In this document: positions 12,007-23,564 of the stretch, one piece after another
Layout of the letters: each line of letters opens with the position of its first letter
Position numbering within the stretch: the stretch's first letter is position 1
From: Trichoplax sp. H2
Taxonomy: Eukaryota
Direction of reading: 5' to 3'
Assembly (NCBI GenBank): GCA_003344405.1
Contig: NOWV01000180.1
Location: forward strand, 1-64,000
DNA: 64,000 nt
The notes under the pieces: generated by a model
Databases searched by the model: none
What the model was told of the DNA's origin: nothing
What the model saw: only the letters and a program-made list of their open reading frames with translations
Program-made: the position numbers and the translations under genes

Positions 12007-12597
12007 ATGACGTCCGATTCTATTGCTAGAAGAAGCGGTAATAATAAACGCAGGAATATCTATAAGAGTAGGAGCTCGTACGTGGATGAAAGCCTCTTCG
12101 ATTCAGCAAATAAGAGTGTCAGTTTTCATGAAGTTAAGTTTGATCCACCTTGGATTAAAAACAATTCAAATCGAGAACTTGCAGCCAATTCGCTTGCTTG
12201 GAATAAAGGCAAGGCCGGAAATGATAAGAAATCAGATCGCGAAAGAGTAAGGCCAGATAGTCGAAACTTAAAACGACCGTATCGTAAACAAGTGTTTAAA
12301 TCATCATTTACTGATGATTCCTTATTTGGTGATCCGCTGATTGCACAAGAACAGTCCATGAGAGAATTACCTCCGTGGGGCAAAAAAGAAAAAGGCAAAT
12401 ATATGAAGCCCTTACTATGGGATCCTGATCCGTCAAATATACGAATTGAAGGATCTAGGTCGTCTCGCGATGCGCGCAGACCGGATTCTGTCTCAGGTTC
12501 ATTTTCCTATTCCAGAAGCAGCACGCGTACTGCGACGTATGGAGTTTCATCAGCTAGAAGACCACAATCAGCAACTGTTCGACCACCATGGAGATAG
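12007..12597 (+). CDS. RITA1: RBPJ-interacting and tubulin-associated protein (RITA), 196 aa, single coding exon
   Basis: Hallmark motifs in the expected order: SYVDESLF, FDPPW, SFTDDSLFG, RAM-like LLWDP, C-terminal RPPWR. Confidence 0.9.
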   Translation: MTSDSIARRSGNNKRRNIYKSRSSYVDESLFDSANKSVSFHEVKFDPPWIKNNSNRELAANSLAWNKGKAGNDKKSDRERVRPDSRNLKRPYRKQVFKSSFTDDSLFGDPLIAQEQSMRELPPWGKKEKGKYMKPLLWDPDPSNIRIEGSRSSRDARRPDSVSGSFSYSRSSTRTATYGVSSARRPQSATVRPPWR

Positions 12598-13733
12598 TAT
12601 TAATATTAATTGCATAAACTTACAATAATTAACTACTGTATGTACCGTAGTTAGAACTGTATCTCCTTGTAAGATGAGTTACAATCAGCAACTGTTCTTC
12701 TACCATGTACAAAGTTATACTGAATAGCTACTGTATGTACCACAGTTAGAACTGTTTTGCCATAATGATGCATTACAGACGGCATTTTGGGTAATTCAAA
12801 GATGGAAATTGTCTTCATTCCAAGATAAAATGTACTGTAACAATAGAGTTGATTTCACTCACTTACTATACCTACGTACATTATTTACAAATTTTTTTAA
12901 TTTAAAAATTATACAAACAATTTATTATAAAGTTATGAAATTACTTGTTTGCACAATTATAAAATAAATGCAGTTACATCTGTTTTTACAGTATATTAAT
13001 GCCAAGCTGATAAATGTCCATTCGATTTGTAACGTAACTATTTAACCAGTTAACATATATAATATGATCAAATTGACAAGGTTGGCAATTTCACTACCGT
13101 AACCATATGAAAAAACTTCATCTCAATGCATGTCTTGTCCATATACGAACATCAACTGAGGACATTAAGTCATTATACAGTACCGCATCTATAATAACTC
13201 GGTATAACTCTGGTGCTGCGGGATTGACATTTAAACAATAGGATAAGGGTAACCTACAGAATTCTTATAGGCGCATTGTACTAACGAAAAATAAATACGT
13301 ATATAAATCAATCTTGTTATCATCCTAGGAGGGCTAACCAATTTATCTCCTAAGATTTTTGAAATAGAACCATTCAAATAATTGCAAATGTCTAGTTAAC
13401 AGCTTCCTGCGACAACACAAGCTATTGAACTTGTCTGCATTTAATACTAATAAATAAATAATAAAAAAACAGCGAATATCTTATCACTCGGACCAAGATA
13501 CAAATGATTCTATGATCAGTAGCTTGAGTGTGTCAACAGCGTCGCTTCGAGCAGTAGTAAAACATGTACATATATATATATATATACAATAACTTTAATA
13601 ATAATCCGACAAAAATGTTGCATCAGATTACTGAAAGCTGTAAATTTTCTATGTTGTAAAGGTATTACATAGTACTTGTAATATGCCTGCATGAACGATC
13701 CTACTATATTGTACAAATGAAAAATAAACAATT

Positions 13734-16286
13734 CTACGTAGAAATAAACGGGACATCTTCAGTAATATCAGGCATTAGAGCATCCAATTCTTCTAAAAAT
13801 TGAGTATTAGCGGTCATGATACTATTGCCATGGTTGCTGACAGCAGGCGTATTTGCTAGTGAATCTGGCAAACTTGAAAATCCACTATCTGCGGGGCTGA
13901 CCTGGCTAGTACTGTAAGTCGTATCGTCTGTATCACATCTTGCATGGGTAATTAAATTATTATCACTTGCGTTTTCATCACAGTCAGATGATTTACACAT
14001 TAAAGTCGGGTTCACTGTATCTTGTGCAATCCGTCCTTGTGTAGACTTTTCTTTAAGTATTTCATCTAACATTTTCGCAGGTAGATCTGTAACGGGTATA
14101 TTTTCTCGTGACATGCGTGCTAAAGGATTGCGGTCTAAAATTCTTAATAGAGACGGGCCTTTTTTACCAGTGCTACTATCTGTGCATGATTTCTTGTTTA
14201 GTTGATCCGGTATTCCAGCAACGTACGGCTTATATCTAATAGTGCTAATAGGAGCTTTTGGTAACTTCCTTTTATTGGTTTCGATTACTGTGGCTATCTT
14301 GTTATCTTTTTGATAATCTTGATGTTCCGTATCATTCTTTACGTCTTTAGATAGGCCAGTTAAGTTATTTGATTTGTAGTTTTGGTTAATGAAATTACGA
14401 TCATAAGTAACATCCTGATAGTTAGGCTGGTTATTTGTATGGCCTCGATTCTGCATTATATGTAGACCATACGATAAAAATGTATCTTTGTTATAGCTGA
14501 CGTTTCGACAAACATCATCCTTTTCCTTTTGTGGTTCATCAGTATTAACGAGTTTATCTAGATCAGAAATTTCAGGATAGCCATTCAAATTATCGTAGGA
14601 GGAGCAATCTATTGATGTAGAACTATAATGACCGTTTACACTTTCTTCCCTGTTACTAGATTTGATAATATCCTGGCAGGAATCTTTGTCTACTGTAGTT
14701 TCCAATCTCGAAGTAGCATGATTTTTAGTCGCTATATTAGCTATATTTGATTCTTCTGTGGACAAAGTTTTAGAAGGTTTCTTTTTTTCTATATCTGACA
14801 AAGTACTCTCGGTCGCGTAAATAGCTAATTTTGTATTGTCAGACACAAATGTACTCGAATCTTCTTTTTCGTGCCATTGCATAGTATTAATCTTGAAAGA
14901 AAAAATGCATAAAAGGCAATATGTTAAAATTACAAGTATTACTATATACCCTTAAAAGTAAGATTCTGGGTTGTGTGTTCAATTTCTCCCATCTAACGGG
15001 ATCTTATGGAGGCGTACGAAGTATTTACCTGGCAATTTTCCGTTTTATGTGCTAGACATCGGTCAAAAAATTTCGTTCCGAAAGGAAATGTGCACTGAAG
15101 AAGCATAAAATAAGTTAGTTAAGTTATCACTGTTATCTGTTAATGAAAAATGTGTAGTTCGTATTAATTACTAGTAAATCGTGCAGATCAGGCCAATTTA
15201 CATAGGTATATGTTAATAATTATAATTATCGATGGACGACAAAGCGTATCTATTATATTATCAAGGGTGAAATGTTCTACGCAGGTAAATATTGTTATTC
15301 CTATTTGATACACAGGTATTCTGCGAAAAAAAAGGGTCAAAACTGTAAATGTACAGCGTAATGTAGATCATCATTCTAAGCATAAGTTGCAAGTAACGAT
15401 GCTGTTTCAGGTTATGCTACGATCATTGGAGGGACTACTACAGTATTACTAATTCAATGTTTAATAGTCATAGTGATGCCGTGCTATAGCAGACCGAGCA
15501 GCAGTTAAATAACTTAATTATAGCACTGCCCTAGGATACGCTATCGTCTGGCAGCGTTACTAATGTATTTCGAAGGATTAATACAGTCAATAATACACCA
15601 TGTCAATCAGATCAGGATTACTCTGTGTTTACTATGCCAGTCCATATTGCGCACTATAATTTATCAACATGTACAGTGTTATGTCTAGTCTACAAGTGTT
15701 CAGCTTTTCGGAAGCCTACAATAAGATACAAGCATACAGTATATCACTGTCTCATTTTACCATTATAGCATTCTAAAATTTTAGTATAGGGTAAAATGGC
15801 AGCATCTAATATACACCTTGCTGATGAATTTCTATGAAATGATTTTCACTCAGTAATTAATATACTGCTTTTTTAAAGAAAGATACGCAGCGTTGTCTAT
15901 CTAAAGTGTATTTTGCTTATACAGTATGCCAAAACTGTGCTTTATAATCAATCATTGAGCGAATTTATTCAGTGTGATACGGCATCAACGTTGGTTGTAG
16001 TATGGAAATTATGATATAAAATCAGTACTATGTTTTCGACTGGAGGAACTGGTCGGACTGCTGACGTAGTATCTCCTCCATTCTTACACGTATTACTGTC
16101 AACGCACGCGGATAACGAATGGTAGGTAATCAGCTAATGAAGACGAGCCTATTGGACACAATGTCCAATGATACTAACCTCAGTCGATTGGCAAAGTAAT
16201 ATTTTTCTTTCCAAGTCAAGAGATTGCCATTGCAGATGTCTCGTTTTACCTTTCGACAAGCACAGCGGACACCGATCACGATCCAT
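13734..16286 (-). CDS. USPL1-N-terminus (DUF4650-like CxxC...CxxxxC) protein with a long disordered tail, ~443 aa
   Basis: Exons 16286-16179, 15094-15029 and 14891-13734 join by phase-0 GT-AG introns: MDRDRCPLCLSKGKTRHLQWQSLDLERKILLCQSTE-CTFPFG resembles recalled human USPL1 CPACREKGK...IFLCEDLQCIYPLG. An upstream in-frame ATG exists at 16301. Confidence 0.7.
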
Positions 16287-16599
16287 GTCCACTAGCATCA
16301 TTTTTGGGCCAAGAAAGCCAACTGCAAGCACGAGCAAACTGTCGTCCAGTAATACGACCTTGAAGACAGGTTACGATGCGTAAAGAAGAAATTCTTCTTC
16401 AATTTTAGCATGTACTGCCGAGCATAGTGTTAATCTTTTACCTGTAGCAGCTACAAGAAGCTTCCAATTTTCTTCAATGAGCAATAAGGCAAAGAAGGAT
16501 AACTCAACGTCGCCAGGCAAGCGTGCCACTCCAATTAAATACAGTGCTACTCGCACTGTTTTTAGCTTGGATTGGAGTTGGAGTCTAACGCACGGGCTG

Positions 16600-17095
16600 C
16601 ATACTGTATTGTATACTGTAGAGTTGCCAGGTACAGTCTGGACTTGCAAGTTATTGTACTGTACTATACAGTACATGTACTGTACTGTACAGTAAAGTCT
16701 AAGGTGGCGTCTGGTCCAAAACATGTCACGCGTGGGATTCACCCTCATTTTAGCTTCATACCTTGCTGTACAGTATTTTGACACTACGGTAGACTACAGT
16801 ACAAATACTGTACAGTATGGAACATTTCCTGAGAAGTGCCGCTCTGTAAAAGCGCCACCTGGTTTAAATGCTGTTTGTTTTTGTCTGAGTGAGACAAAGA
16901 AAAACCAATCTGTACAGTATTAAGTACTGTACTGTACTGTACTGTACATCGAATAGAAAACGTTTTGGAAACGTTCTACTCCACTGTACACTTGTACAGT
17001 ACAGTACAATCATCGTTGAGACTAGTTGAGACCAAATGATAACAATAGTAAGTTTTTACTCGTTTTTACTGTACTTACTATACTGTACATTTTGT
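16600..17095. repeat. TACAG/CTGTA simple-repeat cluster upstream of the USPL1-like gene
   Basis: (GTACT)n run at ~16924-16947 and many TACAGTA/TACTGTA motifs. Confidence 0.75.
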
Positions 17096-18787
17096 ATCAA
17101 GTTCTATATCGGTTCACAGTCGGATCTAAGTCCGGTTTAGATCGTTCAGGTTCTGAACCAAACGAAATGGACGGTTTCGATTCCAACCGTTTATGGAGGA
17201 TAAAGAACCGAACCGCCAGTCCCAGTGTAGTTCTGAACTAGTGCGACCACAGTGCGTCTCCGAATCGAACGAAAGGGCACAACTCAGTCTGTAGTCTGTA
17301 CGTGTACTACGCCAAGGACTACTAGAAGAATACCATCTAGTCGTCCATGACTACGCGCAACACTGGTACACGCCAGTATTCTTGTACAATGCTGTTTTAC
17401 AGCACAGCGCACACGCAATCGTACTGTACAATTTATATCACATGATCACGGTCTGTTTTGAGTAGAACTTCAACTCATGATGACGTTATTTAAAACGATA
17501 AATGGTCCTTGAATGGGGTCTGAGGTCCGTCTATCCTGAATCAGAGTACAGTTTGTTTTTCATTTCTTTTTTACAAAATCGGCTTTATTAGAAGCAATTA
17601 AAGCATACTATCCCAGTTTAGATTTGAAATTTCGACTGTAATAGCAGCGGTCTAAAATGTGTAATAATTACGAAAAGTGAAAAAAAAAATTGAAATTGAC
17701 ATTTCTATGCTGTCTGTAGGTCTTGTTCAGGTAGGATTTCGCCTGAGTTGATGTACCAAAGTAGACCAATATGAGTTCATCATTACCTGGCAATTTTCTC
17801 AGCTACATCATTCATACATCGATATTATATATTTTAAAAGATCACATTGCAATATTATTACTATACATAAATTATTATAGATAGATGCGTAAAGAATAAA
17901 AACAACAAAAGATTAGACAATATTCCATCAAATTATACTGTATTTGATACCGCGATTATCCAATATTACTTTTTTTGGTTGATATTGATTACGTATAAAG
18001 TCGCAATAATAAATCCTGGAATATGAAAAATACTAATACTGTCCAACGCTATAAAATCTATAAATGACATCTTACACATATTTTCCGATTACAATTGCGC
18101 TACTTGATACGCACAACGTCATACATAAAGTATTGCCATTGACACGAGTGATTTTACCTATTAAATTTAAACAACTTGAAACATGGGTTTTTACTTGAAT
18201 ATGGTATCTCCATCCTCATCATTATAAAGGGCATAGGATGCTGAGGTGATTGATGAGGTTGGTATTCATTCACGGAATCATAATACACCATTCAATTGAT
18301 TTGATTATATATAAATTATAGCGGTAAGCAGTAAACAGTCAAGCCTATGATGGTTAATTAATGATTCAGAACAACATTTTACACGCAATATATCACTAAA
18401 TAAATCTGTATTAGTATATAAATATCTTTTAGCTTCAGTAAAAAGAAACATCACAATTCAAAGGTAAAAGTAATTACATATTAAATCGAAGGCATAGTAA
18501 TTGATATACCGCTGCTCGATCATAAAGCAGGTATCATTATTATCGAATAACATTTTCTTACCAGATAGAAATACTATCAATTTTTAAAAAATTATTATTA
18601 ATTAGTAGGTATCATCAGATCGCAGTAAAGTAGCCAGTATTTGAGAAAGTGTAATGAATCAATTAATATAATCTTCAAGTCAATGATTTCAAACAAATAT
18701 CGCATCCTTTAAATAATACGTATTTTAACCGCGGCAAATGTGACATGTAAATGTTGAACAAAATCTCTAAAAATCAATTAATTTAAT

Positions 18788-21700
18788 TTAATTAGATGCA
18801 ATGTCGTCATTTGATTTGTCCTGAATCACTTCTATTTGTTTAATTGATCGTAATTTATCGACATCTTCATACGGTTCTTCTTCCTTAATACCCATTCCAA
18901 AAGTTTCTATATCCTCTACCTTTACTACATTATTCTCTAAATCGTCATTGGTGATATTTGCTGGCATAGTTACTAATGACGAAATCTTCTTTTTTATTAT
19001 AGCATATCCACTGCTATCGATATCTTTCAAAGAATAGGATATTTTTTTGGCAGTAGCTGTGGTAGCTGAGTTCTCAGGGTTGTCTGTAAAAGGAGAAGCA
19101 CCAGGCGCTAATTTATTTTCTAGTGTTTTGCTCTGGATACTCTGACTTAGTGCTAAATCATCTTCTGCCCAGGGCGATCTTGGAGGATACGGAGAAGAAA
19201 CCGACCTTGGATTCAAAGTCTTGGAGCGACCAACTCTTCCTCTGTATGTACTAGATTCTTCCATTAGTTTGCTTACGCTGGTAGTCGAACAGTCGATCGA
19301 TATCGGACGCGTCTTAATTATTTGAGCATATATAACATCTGGATTTTTAATACGAGGAATATCGGGTAGCTTTCTGTTCGCTATACTAGAGTTATTTACG
19401 GGTTGTTCTCCGGTAATAGGTGCTGATCGATTTGGCTTCGCAACAGGGTTAGTAACGGTACTGGTATTTTCACTAGGGGTAGCATCTTTGAACTGCAGTT
19501 CTTCATAAACGCGAGGTGCAGTAATCATTATTGAATTTTTAACATTGGAATCACTGGATAATTTTTCGTCGCTACTGTTGGCATTTTCTGAGGCTTCGGT
19601 AGTTTTTTCCACAGAATCCTTACTTGACATTGTGGAGCTGACGTTTGCGTAAGGAGATTCTATAGAGTTGGTTTTGTCTTGAGTTGACACAGAAATTGTT
19701 GTTTCTTGATCAGAATTGGAGGCCGGGGACTGAGTAGGATAGTCATCATCCAGAATATCTGTTTCTTTCAATACTGATGACTTATCGGAATTATTGGCTT
19801 CTTTTTGATTGCTCGTCATAGCTGGCGGTGAGTCAACTGCAGCAGTGGCTGTTGCTCTATCAGATTCTAAAACTGTTCAAAAAGTTATAAAATTACTCTG
19901 AGCAGGCACGACTATAGAATGAAACAATGAAATAGCGCGAGGCTAGTAAACCTGGTGCATTCGACTTTGATTTCAATTTTGGCCTACTTTGTGAACTTGA
20001 ACTAGGTTTTGATACTTGAGGTGGAATGGAATCACTAGTAACCGTGGACTTTGTAGTTTTGTCATTACTGCTTTCGGGTTGCTAAATGTAGGAATATTTT
20101 ATAAATAGCTTAGCGAATATTATATATTCAGGAATGTTAGCTAAGGTAATACAGTTATTTGTGGTAATTCTTTGTAGTAAACAGTACACACCTTTCTGCT
20201 AGTATCACTTGCTGTAGTTTTTTCCACGTCCTTGTCGCTGTTACATAGGTATACATATACGAATGAGTGCGTTAGAAGATATAATACATCTTAGCTTGTA
20301 TATTCTAATTTGACAATTTGTTTAATTGTACGTAATACGAATTAAAAATATCGTTACTTTAAGATTTTACTTATAAATTATTCAAAAAAATCATGTATAC
20401 ATTACCTTCCAATAATGCTTACCTTGGTGACAATTGAGAATCTTGAGATTTACTGGTGTTACGGGCACATAGGAATCCAACAACGATAGTAACAATCATT
20501 ACCATGATACTGGTTGCAATTATTGTCCAGTAGCTATTAAATAAACCATATGGATGATCATCATCTCCCATTAAGGCGTGGATACTTCTTTTTGCTAGCA
20601 TGTGACCATTGTCTGCTGATGAATGTGTAGACGAGGCTGGTGTTTAATATGATTACCGCTTTCATAGTACAACATAGTTTAATGAATTTATAACACTACG
20701 ATATCGTATAATGCTGCAGTAACAACATTAGTCCTTAGCAATCAAATATTGTTGAACTTTGTAATTAATCTGACTTCACAATATCTACTGCAGGGTGTAC
20801 GAAACTTTACAATACGAATTTAAAGCTCATAGACTGAAGGCTGGACTGCATATACTTTACTGTTTTGTCTTTCTAAGCTTCTAATAATGACAATAAGTAT
20901 ATATGCGTGTGATAAGATATTCAATACCCGTATACTGTATGTTTACCTTGGTATTCTTTGATTACATTAATGTTGCAATAATAGAAGCGACCGCAACGTA
21001 GTTGTGTCTTATGCACTAAGGTAGCAAGCTTTTCTATTGTCTTCGGATTGGAATACTGCGCGACCGCCAGATATAATCGCTTAAAGGAAGAAATATACAT
21101 ATCATGATACATTAGAAATACGTAGTGGTATATAGAAAAATTAAATTAAGATATCAATTCTTGAAGATCTATAATACTACGGCTACAGCCCAAATTTCTA
21201 AGTTACTACCAGATATTATTCGTATATTATATGATAGCCCTACAGTACTGTACTGTACAGTATATTACGAAATTATCGTGTAATAACTGACTATTGAAGT
21301 TACGATTTGTACGCCAGATAGGGTTAGAGAATTACAAGTTATGGCTTACAACTCACAATTATATCATTGGTGTATGGTTTTACTTATATTTCAAGTATTG
21401 CAATAGATTCTATCATGTCTACTGCTGCTTATAACTATAAGAATAATATTAGCATCAACAATTCTAATGTAAGCGCAAATCATCGAAAATCGGGATATTT
21501 TTTTTAATTAACATTTTACCGTGTGTTTGCGAAAGCTTTTTTGTTGTATGGTAAGTCTTTTGTTAGGGTTTTGAAGTATTTGTTGTAGTCATATATTGTA
21601 TTGTACGTAATTATAAAGCTGTGCTACTAGATTTGAGATATTTATGAATAGTAGTATGAAGCAGTGGTAATATTTTCAACGTTATTATGCGTTACTGTCT

Positions 21701-22788
21701 GTTTATACGTACAAATAAGCTGAACGCCTTAGGATGGTTATCCATGGACTACTCAGTTCTGGAATTGAGTAATCCAAGGCTAAACCTTACGGTATCTATT
21801 AATGGCGATTTACTTATACAGCTTTGCCAACTTAAATCTCATGAATGCATGAACGAAGTGTACCGCTATTTCGGTGATCTAAATGACAGATTGATGGAAG
21901 TTTGTCGTACGAATGTAAAGTAGCAGTCAATAACACTAAGCTTCCGTGGCTTTGATTGTGGTATAAATGATATTTAAATCATCAATTAGAAAGGTACTTT
22001 GTACCTAAAGTATCATTACAGAACCAAGAGTAAGTTAACTATGAGATTAAGGAAACTTTAGATGGTACACCATAAGCGGAATGTGAAAAGGTTTGAGTTT
22101 GGTGAATGAATTTACTGGCTAAGCATCGAGTGAAGAGCCACTAAAGCGGCCCCCCCCCAAATTAGTCTAGTTTTTTATTATAAAAGGTATAAAAGGTTCA
22201 AATACCTACTGTAGTTTTTATACATCAATACGTTGTCTCGATGATAATTGAATATTTAGCTTACAAGATACAAATTTACGATAGATGTCTAGTGTGCAGT
22301 GCACGCACGGCTACAATAGGCAACGTTTAAGTAGGACTGTCAACTAGTATTATTAAATTACATTTTTTACATCCAGCAAGACAATATCAGTGTCTAATCA
22401 AACTTGCAGTAACTACGTTCAATATGTAGCATTGTATACTGTAGATTTACGAAGTAATAGTTTAATTAATCATTTGGCTTACTTGATGCGTAGGTAGCAA
22501 ATATAGGCGAGAATCGGGTAGTAAACTTGAATCGTGTAGAAGACTGCATGATCGTCCAACGAGAGAGGTGAATGACTGATCTTCAGCGGAAACTATTTCG
22601 CCCAGTACAACGTGATGGTCCAGACTGTGGCGGAAGCTAGGGCTGCTACCTTGATCGTGGATCCGTGAATCTGGTAATCGTATTAGTTTACATTGTCGTG
22701 AATCAGTTAAATTACAGAACAGAACCAAAATGATGGTGATTATTACACTACTGAAAGTAATTCGCTTCGATTGATATCTTAACCACAT
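18788..22788 (-). CDS. Type I single-pass membrane protein with a Tyr-motif-rich disordered tail (PAG1/Cbp-like adaptor), 637 aa, 6 exons
   Basis: Exons 22788-22483, 21079-20947, 20636-20423, 20237-20192, 20081-19952 and 19872-18788; all GT-AG, phases 0,1,2,0,1 consistent, total 1914 nt. Signal peptide, TM WTIIATSIMVMIVTIVVGFLC, tail motifs YANV, YEEL, YAQI, YAII, YEDV. Confidence 0.8.
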
Positions 22789-23564
22789 TCGTTCCTCCTT
22801 TTTCTTATCTTATATACTGTACTGTATATATATAAGTAATGATAATGCTATTATAGATAGTAATGGAGCTTTCTATTCATTTTCGTGCTGCATTTTAGTA
22901 ACAGCAGATGAAGATGGCGCAAACGTCAAGATTAGGCTAAGGGGGAAAATATGGTAGGATTTGACTTGACGGTGGAAACTGAAAGTTGTACGGTAAATAA
23001 AGTACGTTCAAGTAAGATTTCAATTTTGGGGAGTAATTAAATAGTCAAAAATGTAGAGAATATTCTGTTACTTAGCCAGGCTTGATGATTGTTCTATACT
23101 ACTCGTAAGTGGAAGTACGGTATGTCTTTACAAGCTGCTGCATGACATGGCATCCAGTTTACTGCATCACTATAGAACCAGAACAGACCGTCAGTTAGTA
23201 AGTACGACATACATACAGACAGACATGGTCTTTCAATCCCATATGTCACTTCGGTCAGACAATGCTGCTAGGGTTTTTGCCACTGTCGATATGGCTTCAG
23301 CTTGTGACATTGTTTTTGCTAGAAGTGTATTGTGTACTATGCTCATCTATTAAAAAGGATGTCATCGTATACCACAGTACTTTACATTGTGTACTGTAGG
23401 GACGTTAGTGTTTAGTACTGTAATTCCTGCAGCACAGTGCTATACTGTACCATACACACTGTTATAGTACTGCGCTATGACCTTAGGCTAGAAATCGCAC
23501 TTCTGCATCTAGCTCTGTTTGAACTGTTCATCGCGTGCAAGACGTATCCTCGTGCAAATAGAAC

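Noticed and set aside
17478-17540. ATGATGA...CTGA C/D-box snoRNA-like pattern
   Set aside because: No terminal stem, not intronic, and no convincing rRNA-complementary guide.
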